The notes under the pieces: generated by a model
Database searches by the model: none
Seen by the model: the letters and a program-made list of their open reading frames with translations, nothing else
What the model was told of the DNA's origin: nothing
Translations under genes and position numbers: made by a program
Source: Asterionella formosa
Lineage: Eukaryota
Length of the DNA stretch: 41,059 nt
Direction: 5' to 3'
Assembly: GCA_002256025.1 (NCBI GenBank)
Contig: NKIB01014738.1
Location: 1-41,059, forward strand
In this document: positions 1 through 14,413 of the stretch, in pieces
How positions within the stretch are numbered: the stretch's first letter is position 1
Layout of the letters: each line of letters begins with the position of its first letter

Positions 1-1307
1 CACACAATCGAAGACCAAAATAAGAAGGGAAAAGCTGAACCCAATCTTGACCTACATCGTTATGTAGCGTAAATGGTCTGGTTTCTGCAACCATGCGCAT
101 CGCTGTAGTAGCCTGACACCAGTAGCAGTATTTCCGCCACAGTCATTCCTCTCCGCTGCCCACCAAACAAGCAACCCTGATCATTCCATTCTGAGCAAGC
201 GTGATCGCCACGCTGCTCCAGAACTATTGACTCTCTCTAGCTGAGTATTCATGTAGCTTCTGATACGAACTTGCAGTAGAAATGTAGCAAAGCGCGTTAG
301 TACAAGAAAAGCATTGCTTGGCAGCAATATTGACATCATTGTCAATGACTATACAAATCAACAACGGCACAATACCACATCTTCAATGAGTAGTCATTGA
401 ATAATGCATTGGTTCTCATGTAGATATGTACAATCGAAACAAAACGACAGTGCGTAATGACAAACAACGATGGAAGCGATCAAAACAAACCACGGAAGCA
501 ATCAAATCGGAAAGTCGATAAATACAATCTACAATCCCCATTCAGTGTTTCACTGTTGTACTTACCAATCCGCTTCAACTAGCATAACAAGCAGCAGACG
601 ATGGGATCAAAGAAAGACGAACGTTGCCTATTACAAGCCCGAATAGAGCAAAGGCAGGCAAGATAGAGTGAGAACTATATTTGTGAGGACGAAATCGGGC
701 ATACGGTACGTAAAATCAATGAATATGTCAACGATATAATTCAACATTTCAGGTCTCGTAAAAATAATACCGAGTCTACAGAGATAATATTATAACGTGT
801 TCAAAGTAATCGTTAAAGCATGCATGGTTGTTTTTAGTACCACGTACGTATGTAGACTAGATGACTGCCGGTACCGGTAGAATATCCGTTAAGCATCATT
901 ACATACATGACCGGAGCAAAAACTTGCCACCAACATCAGATGTATCGATATCATCGTGCGTCCGACGAAATATGGACGATGCGACTACATGAATTCTCGA
1001 GAAGACAAGCAATCCAACAATCAACCGCATCCGTTAGGCAAAGAATCGCTACTGGCGTCATCGCGGACCTGATTTCGCTTCAAACCGGTCATGATGGACG
1101 ACGATTGGCATGGTGAAAGGTGAATTGCCGGAGTCCACTTTTCAGGAGACGAAGAAAAACGAGGTGAATTCTAGATATAAATTATTAGAATCTGAATAGT
1201 ATATAAAATAGTTTCCTTAAGTAGACCCCTTGCCGATTTCGGCAATCCCAGGGCTGGAAAACCGAGGGGCAATTGGTGTCTGTTGTCTTGCCAAAATGCG
1301 AACATAT

Positions 1308-1411
1308 GAAATATACAAAATATATTTTAATGATGGGCAATATCGGACCTTTGGCAATTTTCGAGGTGAAGATAGGAAATATACAAAATATATTTTATAT
1401 GATGGGCAATA
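1308..1411 (+). repeat. 35-bp direct repeat x2 (likely subterminal repeat of a decayed element)
   Basis: GAAATATACAAAATATATTTTA(T)ATGATGGGCAATA at 1308-1342 and 1376-1411. Confidence 0.85.
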
Positions 1412-3599
1412 GTAGGCTAAAATTGACATTTATGCTTTATTTGTGGGCAGTAGGTAAGCGAATGACGCGACGATAGCTAGAGCGGGAATTGCCTCAACAA
1501 TACCCTTCTCGGCGGCTACTTGCCTTCAGCAACATCACAGGTGCGGACAAGGGAGAGAGAACAGATATTGTAGTTCTGTTGAGGGGAACCTTGTCATGAA
1601 TAAAGGTGAACTACAATATTATGACTATTCTATTGCTGTTTCGAGTACATCATTGTTAGCAATCACGCATGTACCTAATCTGGTGGCTGCACCAGCATGG
1701 TTTGTACGGCGCATGTATGGAGCATCATATGCAGATCTTAACACTTATGACACAATGACCGGCGAGGGTTGAGACTTGATGAGACCTGTTGGCAAAAGAA
1801 AGAATGTGGTGGACGATTTTTCTTAAGGCAATCCCCACCCTAGCTATCGTCTTGCTTTTCGATGAGAACTGTGGTTGTCTAAGTAATTTTTGGTTTCTTT
1901 AAGTAATTTTTTAAATTTGGGGCAATATAGGGCACATCGGATTTTTTGGCAGTCAATTTTAGGTTTGAGCAGCAGGGCCCATCGTGCAACATCAGGAGTA
2001 GAATTTTCATAGGAAAAAGTTTGGACACATCAAAAATGCATGGACCACCGAATATACCGGTACCGGTATATGCATGAAAAATAGTCACACAAGAATGATT
2101 GTAACAAGCATCGAAAATTCGACACAATGATGTTAAGCAACCAAAGTATGAAATGGAAATCGAAAGGTAAGACGTGAAAATGACAAGCAGGGAGTAGAGT
2201 AAAAGTTTGAAAATGAAAAAGGGTCAGCGGAAAAATCGTGTGAAATTTTGTCAACGCATATTTATTAACAATTGTCAACTCACACTTTTTTGTCATTGCA
2301 ACGAAATTTTTCAGATTGGGCCTGGAGGAGCAGAAATCGATGCCTGAATGGATTAAGAGGCAATGCTGGTTTATGAATTGATTTGGACTTGTGGTTGCGG
2401 AGGTGTTGGAGGAGCAACAGCTTGATAGCGGAGGTTTCTTGGTGCTGGCGGTGCAGAATTCTGGTACCAGGTAGTATCCGGCAGGAGGAGGAGCAGGATG
2501 CGTCGAAAATTTACTAGCTGATGTGGGCGTTTGTGGCTTGGAAAATTGAGGAGGACAGGTTTGAGTAGGTTGATAGGGAGCGATGGAGTGATATGTTGTT
2601 GGTGCTGGCAAGATATGTGCCCACATTGTTTGCGACCTGAAGACTTTGCAATATTCGTGCGAGTTTCGATAAAAGTGGCTTGCTAGCATTGGGAAACAGG
2701 AAAAAAATAATGATAGTGTGCGTTTATCATACCTCGTGAAAATAACAATCAACTGGCAACATATTTCACCTCATTTGATAAGCTGGTTTGACCAGTGGAT
2801 AGCTACTGATTTGTTGCATTGTCAGGAAGTGGAGGAGTAACATGACAATAGCTTTCATCAATGTTCTGAAGAGGAAGAAACACGTTTCATAATTAGTATA
2901 CTCGACCATAGAGGGAACTCAAATATGACAACAAGAATCAACAAGCACATACCGGTACCTGTCCTCTCATCCTTGTTTAATGTAAAGCAGAGCACCAGTT
3001 CCATCATGTTCCGGCTGCTTTGCGGAGTTTGCGATAGCTCATTGAGATTGACGACTTTTCGTTGTCATTGTAGAAGATTATGGAGAAGTAACAAAAGCAA
3101 TATTGTGATTAGAAAGCAATGAAACAATAATTTTGTAGAGCAGCGGAAAACAGCCAACACATGAGCACTAAAACTTGCTGCTGAGATCTGATTTGAGATA
3201 GTGTAGAACACGTAGGAAACATACTACAAATTTATTGTTAAAATTTAACAGCTGATCTTGACGCGCCACCTATATCAATATTGTGTGTCCCAACCGCCCT
3301 GAAAAAGCTGTTCTGCATTGTGTCTGATGGATGGCTGGTGGCAATCATGTCATTTACACTGCCTGGCAATGTCAGCACAAAGATGGCAGACTGTTCTACA
3401 GCCAAATGCTTATTCAACAGCACGCTTTGCATTCCCAATGTACATAGTTAAGCGAATTTTGTCTTTGGTGTCTGTTTGACCCTACCAAACATATAAAATT
3501 CAGGGTGTGAGGCAAGAGTCCAAAGTTTGCCATGATGCAACTGTCACTCTGGGCAAAAGGATAAATTATAGCAAGCGCTTGATAGTTCCTTATTTTATT

Positions 3600-6500
3600 C
3601 TAGACAACGACTTGAGTCCCCAGCAAGCTCAAAAGTACTCCAGGATTTCCATCAAGAAATTGCACCAAACTTGATCGAGGAAAAACCATGACAACACATC
3701 CATCTGGACCAGCGATCATATTTGATGTATGACAGTGATGATCTCCAGATGGCCCATTTTCTTGTCGGAGAGTGTGGTGAATATGAGCCAAATTTCCAGA
3801 AACCATTCGTGATGTGTCTGATAGCAAGTGACCACGAGAAAAAACCAAACCACCAGTGAATGCTCGTCGGGAATACAACCTCGCCAACACTTTGTTAGCA
3901 AACCGATCCCTTGCATTTCGCATCCTCTCCTCCTTTGGTAACAAGTCTTTTGATTGGTCATAAACATCAAGTTCCATCTCCTCTACTCTCAATTGAAGAC
4001 CAATTTCTAATCGAGCATACTCAGAGTTTGGTGGCACATTAAATAGTTGCTTGTCCTCTTCGATCATAGGCGAAGCATCAATTCTCGAGTGATTACTAGG
4101 CTGTTGAACGGTTTGCTTTGAAATGGAAAAAGGAATTAGGAATTGCGTATCGGCGTTGATCACATGTATGACCAATGCATTGCAATTCAACTTACCATTA
4201 TCGGGATCATGTTTCCAGTGCTGCCACGTCGATTTCTCCAGATTTCGTCATCAGCCTTTTGAGCAAAGGTTGCTGTTCCTGCAACAATCAAGAATGCATA
4301 GTCCACTGGCTCTCCGACTTGCCAAAGATAGTGATTGCACTCAAAGAATCGAGGTCCCTCTGCCAAAGACTCTAAATGACGCTTTTGCAGAGCAGTCAGC
4401 TTTCCAAGAGCCGAATTACACTTGAGAACTTCCAACACACTATCATACGCATACCAATGGCTAGGCAACTGCTGTTCGGCAACAGAATCGAACCTGTGAA
4501 TATCTCCATTTGCTCCGAAATGGTTCCCGTCAGATTCATTTCTCAACATTTGAGCCTTCATTGCTTCTTCTTCTACTGCTTGTTTTTCTTTCAGTGATAG
4601 ATACTTTCTGAATAGTTTTGAACCACTCTTCAAAATTAGATGCAAATCCTTCATATTCAACATAATTACCTTAACTCCTTCAGCAGAAAGAGCAACGATG
4701 TCCTTTGGACCGTCCCCAAGACCAGCTTCGGCAGAACGCTCTAAATCTGGCTGTAAAGCAACTGGACCAGTCCAGTCACCTGCATGCCAAACTGTTGGAC
4801 TAAACTGTCTTAGCAAATCATCCCCAGAGTCCACGTAAACTACATCTTGTGGATTCATGTCGATTTCATTCGACTTTTGTCGCTCACCGCTATAGTGTGA
4901 ATGTAGTACAGTGATATTCCCATCATCCCCCATTGGTTCTCGTTCAACGCAGGTGCCTTCCCAAACGACACAAAGGACCTCCGGTCGTCGTGTAGCCGAA
5001 ATCACAATCTCGTTAGCACAGAACATCTCAACTTGGGCGATCTCCAAAACTTCCATGGTATTTGCGTAAGAAAGACTGGAGAGGAATGGTACATTGGAGA
5101 GCAAGTTGAGAATGAACCAAGCATCGGAAACGCAAGTGGGTCGGAGAAAAACGAGAGGCGGTAGCTTGCCGGGGGCGAATCGAGGTTTCTTCTTTCCCGA
5201 TGGCCTCCATAGATCGCTAGCAGAACCGGCAGTAGGCACATATTCATCCCCATCATCGCTCGGAATTGTTTCGTCCAGCATATTGCGAGGCCCAACCTGG
5301 GCTAAGTCGTAATCGTCTTCGTATAGGTCTTTGATCAAACGTCCAGATCCATTAGATTGTCCCGTGCAAATTCCGTTCACAGAGATGCGATTCAGCGCTG
5401 ACGGAGTTGCGCTTGATGAATCAATTTGATCTAATCGTATTGTTCCGGCAGTTCCAGTTGGAGCGACACGAAGGCCCGAATCTGCGGGAAGAGCAGATGT
5501 ATGTACGACATACAATCGTTTCTTCACCTCATCGGGCAACGCCTTTAGGACGGCAAGGGGAGTATGAATTGGAGGCGCACCTGCCTCGTGAAGAAGGACG
5601 TCACATTCTTGTAGCGGCAGCCGCCGCAGATCATTAGCGCGCGCTTTTGTCAGGACACCCTGTTGTTGGAGAATTGGTTAAGGATCTGTCATGATAAAAT
5701 GTCACTTAACAGAAAAAGCAATAACAGCTTACCAGATTCTCCAGACTTTCAATCATAGGGGGACTGTTGAGATGATCTCCAGTAAAAACCATCGATCGCC
5801 CTCTCCACTCTACCTTGAAAGCAATACAAGGGATTGTATGAAGCGTATAAGTGAAGTGGAATGTTGCACCCTGGAATTTCAGCGGTTGTCCGACAATGGC
5901 AGGTCGGTGGCGATGAGAATGTCGAAGGAGGGTGGGACTCAGCCCGGAAAGTGCAGCATACTTTCGAATAAAAGATTTGTAAATAGTTGGCGTAGTAATG
6001 ATGGCAACTCTGGAACCCGTCATAACTTTCTGGAAAGTGCCGGCATCATGATCTGCATGACAGTGCGTAATAATAATAGCCATGATCATTTGTGGCCGAA
6101 TACCTTCTCGTTCTAGTGTCGCAGAAGAATAAGGTGGAGGGTCGATCATGATGCCTCTACCGTTAATCCAAAGAACATAACCACTTGTAGAACCATTCTT
6201 GTCGAACCCATGAGAGTTTCCAAGCACAGTTACTCCAAAGGAAGGAGGATGAAAAGTAGGTGGAATGAGGGTTCTGGCAATCGTGGAGGATTGCCCATCC
6301 AAAGATTTTTCACCATCGCTGGATTCATCACTTTCGTCGCTGTCGTCGTCATCCTTAGTTTCATCAACATCTTTGGTTGCGAGGAAACCTTCGACAGCCA
6401 TCTCATCGGGAACTCGAACGGTGCCACTAAATCTCGCTTTCCCAACAATAATATTAGATGCATTAACGTCATGGACAATGTATTCAGTGCCGCCAGTCAT

Positions 6501-8274
6501 TTTGAAGATCTCAACGCGCGCACACTTATTGGTTCGCTTTTGATCATCTGTTACGTCAGTGGGATATATGGTCGCTACTTCACCTGTTGCTCAAAGAACA
6601 TGATCAGTACTTGTGAGATGATCTAACATGTGCTACATGATATGTGACTTACCCAACCACTTAGCTTGCGAGTACATCCAAGAGTTTCTGCTTGGATCAT
6701 CTTCGTCGTCACTAGCCAGCATAAACGATGCTCCAGATGCCCAAGACATTCCATCTCGGCTGCGACCGCCTCGACTCATAAACGAACTTGCGCTGTCCAT
6801 ACTGCCACGTCGAGGCATTCGCTTCATCGGCGGATCTTGAGATGTCTTCCCCACTACGTCGGCGCCCGGATTTGGGGGAACAATGGATTCCCGAATCAGA
6901 TCATCGAGTGTGACCTTTTTTCGAAGGTCTGGATCACTCATTGTCCTTCTCAGAGGTATTTCATCCTCCTCCTCATCGTCACTTCCATATATGCGATGCT
7001 CCTCTATTAAGGTACTAAACCGAGAACTGTCTTCAAACATATCGACAATTGTTTTTTCTGATTCATTCGCATTTAGAGTGTAGCGGCGACTGGCGACATC
7101 ATCCGCAACACCCTCATTAGCCTCATCTTGTTCCGATAATTCTGGCTGAGGCGGAGGGACGCCAAGCTTATCATGCGGCGTTAGAGCTCCTCGTCCTTGA
7201 TGCGATCCCTTGAAATGACAAAATTCAAGCAGCGTATCAATGTTGAGTTCGTCAAAATTAGTTGACTTCTCCGCTGTGCGAAAGTGATAAAACTCCTTGT
7301 AAAAATTGGGTCGTGCTGCTTTTGGGAAGGTTGGGTCAAAGTCTTCATCTTCATTTGGTTTTTGCGAAGCGTGATTACGGAACTGAGCTGGTCCAAGAAG
7401 CGTTTCTCCAAACACCCGTCTGATATTGTGCTCAGCATCCAGGGAATCAACTACCAAAGTACATCGCTTCTGTCTCACAAAATAATTGAAGTAAGCGGGA
7501 AACTCAAACTCAGCAAGATTGATACCCAATGCGGGGCCCATTTCTCTACTAAAACGCTCCACGGGCACGATGTACGCCTGGGGAACATTAAAGCCAAGTT
7601 GCATACTATCTTTGATTGTTTCCGGTGGAATACCAAACTGTATTTGAAAACACCGTTAGTCACAAAAAATAAATTCAAATGGCTCAATATAATTTTCTTG
7701 CGTCGTTCTAATTCCGGCTTACCTGAATACGACCAATAGACTGCGTCTCGAGAGAAATGCCTCCTCGCGGAAGCCTATCAAGCTCGATGAGGGGAACAGA
7801 ATTATAACCGGAAATAACTGCAGGATCATCATAGATCCTTGACTTCTGGCAAGACGATCCTCGTCCATGTCTTCCACTCCCAGCAGTCATCAAGTCTCCT
7901 GCCATACTAGGATCATTGATAAGCTCAGAACGCTCCCGGATGGTCAAAGGCACAGCAGGCGCGCCTTCTCCTAACCCGCTACCATGTCTAAGTGTTCCAG
8001 ACACAGGAACTGGAAAGTTCGGCAGTCGCTGTCCAGGAATGATCCCATTGGATCCTCTACGATTATTCTGAAAGAGAAGCTGAGCTGCAGTCAGATGTAC
8101 ATGTGCTGTATCGGTCGCTGTCCGCCCGTTGGCTGCAGAAGCCGCATCCTGCTGAGTGCGAGTGCCTTCGGCAACGCTTGGCTGTGTTGCCCATTGTGAG
8201 TTCCGAGCGCCACGGCGGGGAATGTGCACAGGAGCGTTTTTACCAGAGTCCTGGAGTGAAATCGCTCGTTTCAT
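3600..8274 (-). CDS. Metallo-beta-lactamase-fold hydrolase with two C-terminal cyclic-nucleotide-binding-like domains (PdeD/PdeE, GbpA/GbpB-like putative cNMP phosphodiesterase), ~1450 aa, 5 exons
   Basis: Five minus-strand ORFs join in frame through GT-AG introns. Exons: 8274-7723, 7637-6653, 6583-5733, 5659-4196, 4100-3600 (alternative in-frame acceptor at 4115). Total 4353 nt; introns 85, 69, 73 and 95 nt, all with GTAAG donors. Junctions read GRIQ|FGIPPETIKD, KWLG|EVATIYP, LENL|GVLTKARANDL. MBL motifs in order: VLGNSHGFD, MIDPP, THCHADHDAG (HxHxDH, ~6048-6065), HTIP, FTGDH, LLHEAG, LYVVH. CNB-like segments: LLSNVPFLSSL...LCVVWEG and NSALGKLT...LWQVGEPVDYAFLIVAG. Start at ATG 8274 (MKRAIS) is assumed. 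Confidence 0.85.
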
Positions 8275-8694
8275 TTTGTCGGAAAATGGGATGTATTCAC
8301 TTTCTTTGTCTGGACGAAAGTTTGTGAGATGATAAGGCCCGTTTAATATTAAAATTGCTGCTGTTGAATAGTACGAGGTTCCACGTAGAAAAGGCACGTG
8401 ACCCTTTTTCTGCGTACGGCAAGCGTTTCACCAGTCCTTACTGTTCACCCAAACTTGTTCGGAATGGTTGTGAGCTTCTGAACGATGTATACTTCTGATC
8501 AAGCACTTTTGATAGCGTGGGATTAGGAAGGAATTGAGCCACTGGCTTCATTCAACAATAGGGACCAATCAATATACTGATTCGAATAATTATCCATGTC
8601 GTTGATTATTGCTAATTTACGACCCTTGCATATGATGACGACTCTCCTCGCAAGAAGACTCGCTGCTTGCTCATTCCTAACAGAGTATTCTGCA

Positions 8695-9210
8695 CCAGCA
8701 GGTACCAGGTACCCTTGTACCTGGTAGATTTGTACACTTATGCTACGTTCATGCATGTGCTCAAACTTCAGTTTGCACTATAATGTACTCCGAGTATACG
8801 GTAAACCGGTTTCGGCCTAGGTATGTGTCTCGAAACTACCGGTATCCTTGCTTTTAGAGAGGAATGAAAAAATAGCAAAGTCTTTTTAAAATATATTTAT
8901 ATAGGTACCCTTTGCATGTGTACCAGTACCGGTATTCTTTTATCGTAAACATGTTCGATACAATCATTCCTAAGCAGTCATATGTTGTGTAAACTACCGG
9001 TACTGGACAAGCCAAGTGCGAGTGATTTGCTGGTACCAGTACCGTGTGCTGGTACCTGGTCCCAGATACTACATGGTACCTGGTACACTTTTGCTGTACG
9101 AAGCAGGCCAGGACCATTGAAATCGTCATGATGATTCATGAAAAAAATCTCCTGTGCGTTTTTCCATACGTCCAGAATAAATACCGGTACCAGGTGCCTG
9201 GTCCCAGTAC
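8695..9210. repeat. Cluster of GGTACC/ACCGGT/ACCWGGT palindromic motifs upstream of the MBL-CNB gene
   Basis: Examples: GGTACCAGGTACC (8701), GTACCAGTACCGGTA (8920), CTGGTACCAGTACC..CTGGTACCTGGT (9030-9060), ATACCGGTACCAGGTGCCTGGT (9181). Similar clusters recur across the window. Confidence 0.75.
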
Positions 9211-12200
9211 TAAGGAATTGCATTAGCCGTCCCCCTAAAATTTAATTGGACCAGAAGCACTGTCACCAGCAAGTTGCGGTAACTTTGCTCTTATCTAGTT
9301 CCAAGTATGACTTCGTACCGGTAATTATTCCAAATTAATACATGTGCCTCTTCTTGTTTTCTGTTTAATAAACCAACCCCACCGGCTTGTTGATTCTATA
9401 TATTTTTCAATTTAATCTGATTTAGCCTAAATATTGAGACCAAATTTGGCTGCTTTGCTTATTTTGCCATTTGCATTTCCTTATAGTAGATTTGCTTAAA
9501 GTAGGCTTGCTTACAGTGTGTTTGCCTAAAGTAGCAATTTTCCTTATTGTGACATCATCATTTCAACACTGCTGCCATCACAGTCACCTACGACCTATGA
9601 TACTGAATACGCACTTGTAGTTGTGCAGTTGCAAGCGGCTGGAGAATCCTTCATCATCATGTCATTGCACCAATCACCATGATCAAAATAACGAATATCT
9701 CAATGAAAGATTAAAATGATGCTTTCCTTTTTGATACATGTATCAATCACAACATAGATAGTACAATCGTAAAAGAATAATCCTAATAGCACTACTAATA
9801 TTGACAACGAAAATTGAAGTCACTGCTGGCACATTTTTTCATCAAATTTAGAGATGCGCAATCTTTTAATCATGATGCTACGAGCAGATACTACACTTTT
9901 ATAAAGTATCTACACAACAGATAAGACTACGAAAACATAATTAACATGAATATTTGAAGCAAAAGATGTGAAATATGGCTATTATCTACTGAGAATTGAT
10001 TGATTGCGAATTGGGCAATTTGTATATAATCTTTCTAGAAGCTGGCAAATGTGAAGCATTTGCTCACATAAGATGATCATATGATATTGTCGCTGTTCTG
10101 GTTGGAAATCCTTCTTCAAATGTCTATTGACTCATTGACCAAAAAAGGGGAGTGCAGACGTCTGCATATAAAAACTATCATACATATAGGATCAAGGGTA
10201 TTGTGCGTGCTAAGTGGCATAGGATTTCTACATATATGATAGTTTTTCGATCAAAAATATGATCAATGTATCATATAAATATGATCATGCAGTTAAATTT
10301 TACCGAGCTTGAAGTATGATGATATTATCATAGTTATAGCTAATACCATTGCATCATATAATTAATTAAACATGGGCCTATGATGTACTTTTGTCATTCA
10401 TCTTTCTTAACATGATTGTAATTCTCATTTATATCTCTGTCTAAAATATGATGAAATGGATCGAAATTTAGAACTATATTTAAGAATGGTTTTTATATTT
10501 CTATATCTTGAGTGGCTACAGAATGTTCTATAATTCTCTCATTGCAATGATTGATGCTTTCACTCCACCTTCCCCCCCAATCCAATCCTGACTGTTGTTG
10601 TACTGGTTGCCTTGCCCTTGTTAACCTCCTGTTTTCCTTTTACGCCTGACGGTTCTGAGTTTGCATTCACGCATTTTCCCATAACTATTTTATCTGTTTC
10701 GTTTTCCAAATCATACTAACAAAGAGAAGCAATTCATTGTTAGCTGTTCACATTTTGCTTACACAACAACATGCGGCATTTCGCTTCTATATTCACTTAC
10801 CACAAATTGAGGAAGTAACTGATGCATATTTCTGTAAAATAATGTGTCAGTTGAACATTGAATAAGTATCGATCAATATATAGGCTCCAACACTGCTTTT
10901 TGTAACTTACAAATATTGTTTGCTTACCAGTATCATTGTGTTATCACTTTCGTTATCCGCGTCAATATGTGTGATGATCCTTCATTTCAGGAGCAAAGTG
11001 TATGCATGACAAGGAACATGAAAACATGATTTCAAATGTTTCAGCCATGAATACATATATAAAAAGATTTGTAAGAAGTTTAAATGTATATGTAGTTGAA
11101 CATTTGCATACTAGTTTTAAACACGCTCATTATACGGCACATCCTGTGTATGCTAATATCAATTTTGATGATACATAATTCAAATATATACAATGCATGA
11201 TGAGTTCATAGTTTTCCACAACCTGTTGAATTTTTTCAATTTTTTTTGAGTCAATTCATTTACCGACAAGTCAGTGGCTGATTTAATGAAGCCCCTTAAT
11301 AAACGGAAGTAATCACCAACTTATCAAATGGTCTAAATCATAAATTTATGAATATAGACATATGGACCATATACATTCGAAAAATTCATATGGCCCACCG
11401 GTAGTACTGTATACTTGCTGGGTATTACTTCTATCATGGGAGTACCACAATAGTGCAGCAGAAAACTGAATATCATGTGTTTAGGATCATTTGATCATAT
11501 TTTTAAGATCAATTTATCCTACTAGTAATTCCTGAAAATAAATTTTGATCTTTCGTTTTCTCATCAATGAAGCCGTTTATCATATGATCAATATGTTATG
11601 ATCAAAGGTATAAGATGAACGAATCAAAATGTATTGATTAAAGATCATAGTTTATACCGGAGTAGTTGCTCATGCATGCAACCCCTTCCCTCCCCCCTGT
11701 ATACAGTAGTACGGTAGTAATAACCCCCAAGCTACCAAATTTTTATGTCTTTTAAGAATTATCGCAGCATGCATGCATATGTACATGACTCCTACTGGTA
11801 TATACAATGCAGAAATGATGACCACCAGACTACCAATCCTATAGGTCCTGTAGAATTATCGCAACATGGCTGCATATCTAATGAAAGGGCGGGAGGAGTC
11901 ATCCATGCACCTTTATAGTATGAAATATGGAAATGATCAAACATAGTCTACACAAGGAGCAGTGCATCATATATGCCCTGCTGTTGTTATTTTAATTCCT
12001 ATGAAATCTCTTGATCTGTTCTGCGCTTTTCGCCACAATAGTCTTCATTGGCTGTTTCACTGGACAGCATTCGAATTGATTGTGCTTTGAACGAAGCAAT
12101 GATCAAAGTCCACCCAACAAGGAACTCATTGGGATTTCTTGAGGTTGGTCAGTGGTACCAGCCATACAGCAACAATCGACAGATCATGGAGGCTGTTCTC

Positions 12201-13126
12201 CATTTTCTGTAGCAAGTGACATCCCAGACGGTCTGGAATCATTGCTTGAGTAGAAAAATTTGGCTCCTTGTCTGTGTTTGCCCCCGCCAGTTTGGCATTC
12301 TACCATTGCTTCCTTTCAATCAATACTAGCTAGTATAGCTACCTAATGAAAACCGTAATTAGATGAAATGTGACTTCCGGTGTCTAATATTTTACATTGC
12401 GCTAGCTACTGAAACTTTAATCCATAAATGGGCATTCAACTTGTGCTTCTTGCATTTTTGCAGTATAGACTGGCTGGTGGTCGATAGGCCTAAGTGTCTG
12501 GCTTTTCATGAACATTTACAAAGAAATGCTTTTGTCGAGGTTTGTGTCTAAAACCAACTGCTGCCATCCATTGAACCATTCCAGATACATCAAAGAATAA
12601 GCTCCTGTAGTCAAAAGCAAGGAACTAGTATAACGATAAAGGAAATCTGATGAGACATAAAAATTACAAAACCAGAATCACTCTGTTACTATACATAGAC
12701 AGTCTCTTGCTTCTTTGTGCATATCGCCTGCTATTATGCTGCTTTTCAATTCTAGATGTATTATGTTCTTGTTAGAGAGACGATGTTATATAGAAGTAGA
12801 TTGTTTGTGCTGTTCTATAATGGATGTTGCTTATCATTGAGGTTGCAACACTGATTGATGCTCCAGTGACAGACCGGAAATATTTGTGTTGTGTGATGAG
12901 CCATTTTGTTTTCATTGGATTTCTTTTCAAGCTCTTAATGGATTGCATATGAACATACTGTGCACTATAGATGATGATTAATCATAGACATATGAGCAAT
13001 GACTTGAATGACAAATGAAGATTTTTTCACAAACACTCATTCCTCTTGACATGGCTGGTGTTTTGTCATTCTTGTTGCAAGAATCAGAGTGAGGACTGGA
13101 GAGGATGATGAAACAAACCACATTAG

Positions 13127-13275
13127 GAGCAAAAATTCCAATTGTGGCGAAATTCTACAAAAAATGTGCTAAAAATAAATAAAGGTCAGGTTCACCTAAT
13201 TCTAGACTTAGAACAGCAGCCATATTTTATTGGAGCTTGCACTTCATGAAAGTCAGAGACCTAAAGTTTGGTTGC
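13127..13275 (+). repeat. Dispersed repeat copy A (upstream of ATG8)
   Basis: Shares colinear blocks GAGCAAA.ATTCCAA, AATTCTAC, TCAGGTTCACCTAATTCT.GACT, TTAGAACAG, GGAGCTTGCACTTCATGA and GACCTAAAG with 18519-18725. Confidence 0.8.
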
Positions 13276-13649
13276 CACGTATATAAGTTGCTGTAACATT
13301 GCTTGAGTAATAATTTTCGTATCTAGCATATTTTAGTCCATGATGAGAATTTATTCTTTTTATCATTGGCCCTCAGCCGTTCAAAATCTTCAAAACGTTG
13401 ACTCTCAGTTTTTAGGTGGCACCAAGTACCGACCGGTACTGGTCCCAAGGACCACTCCTACATACTACGTAGTGCAAAGTCGTAGCTACCAGTGGACGAT
13501 TTGAAACAAATTCTGGAAACAAATTCGACTAACTCGAACTGCAGCAGCTTGAAATTCTTGTGTCACAAACGTTTTGGACTCAACGCCAAAAGAAAGTTCG
13601 CAACATACCGGTAATCAATTCCTCTGACGGTCTTATCAAATCTGTTAAC

Positions 13650-14413
<764 letters not shown>

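Noticed and set aside
2030..2752. 240-aa minus-strand ORF
   Set aside because: Non-ATG start, Pro/Ser/Thr low complexity followed by a Phe/Leu-rich tail from AT-rich DNA, no domain; likely spurious or transposon-derived.
4123..8327. Numerous plus-strand and alternate-frame ORFs overlapping the MBL-CNB gene (similarly those over ftsZ, GH53 and AAA)
   Set aside because: Shadow ORFs of real coding sequence with no independent motifs.
11900..12200. Possible piggyBac C-terminal Cys-rich remnant on the minus strand (RAYMMHCSLCRLC...IFHT); also AKERMWWTIFL at ~1790-1825 on the plus strand
   Set aside because: Only short, frameshifted resemblances with no catalytic core or TTAA-flanked TIRs recognised; needs a frameshift-aware HMM search.
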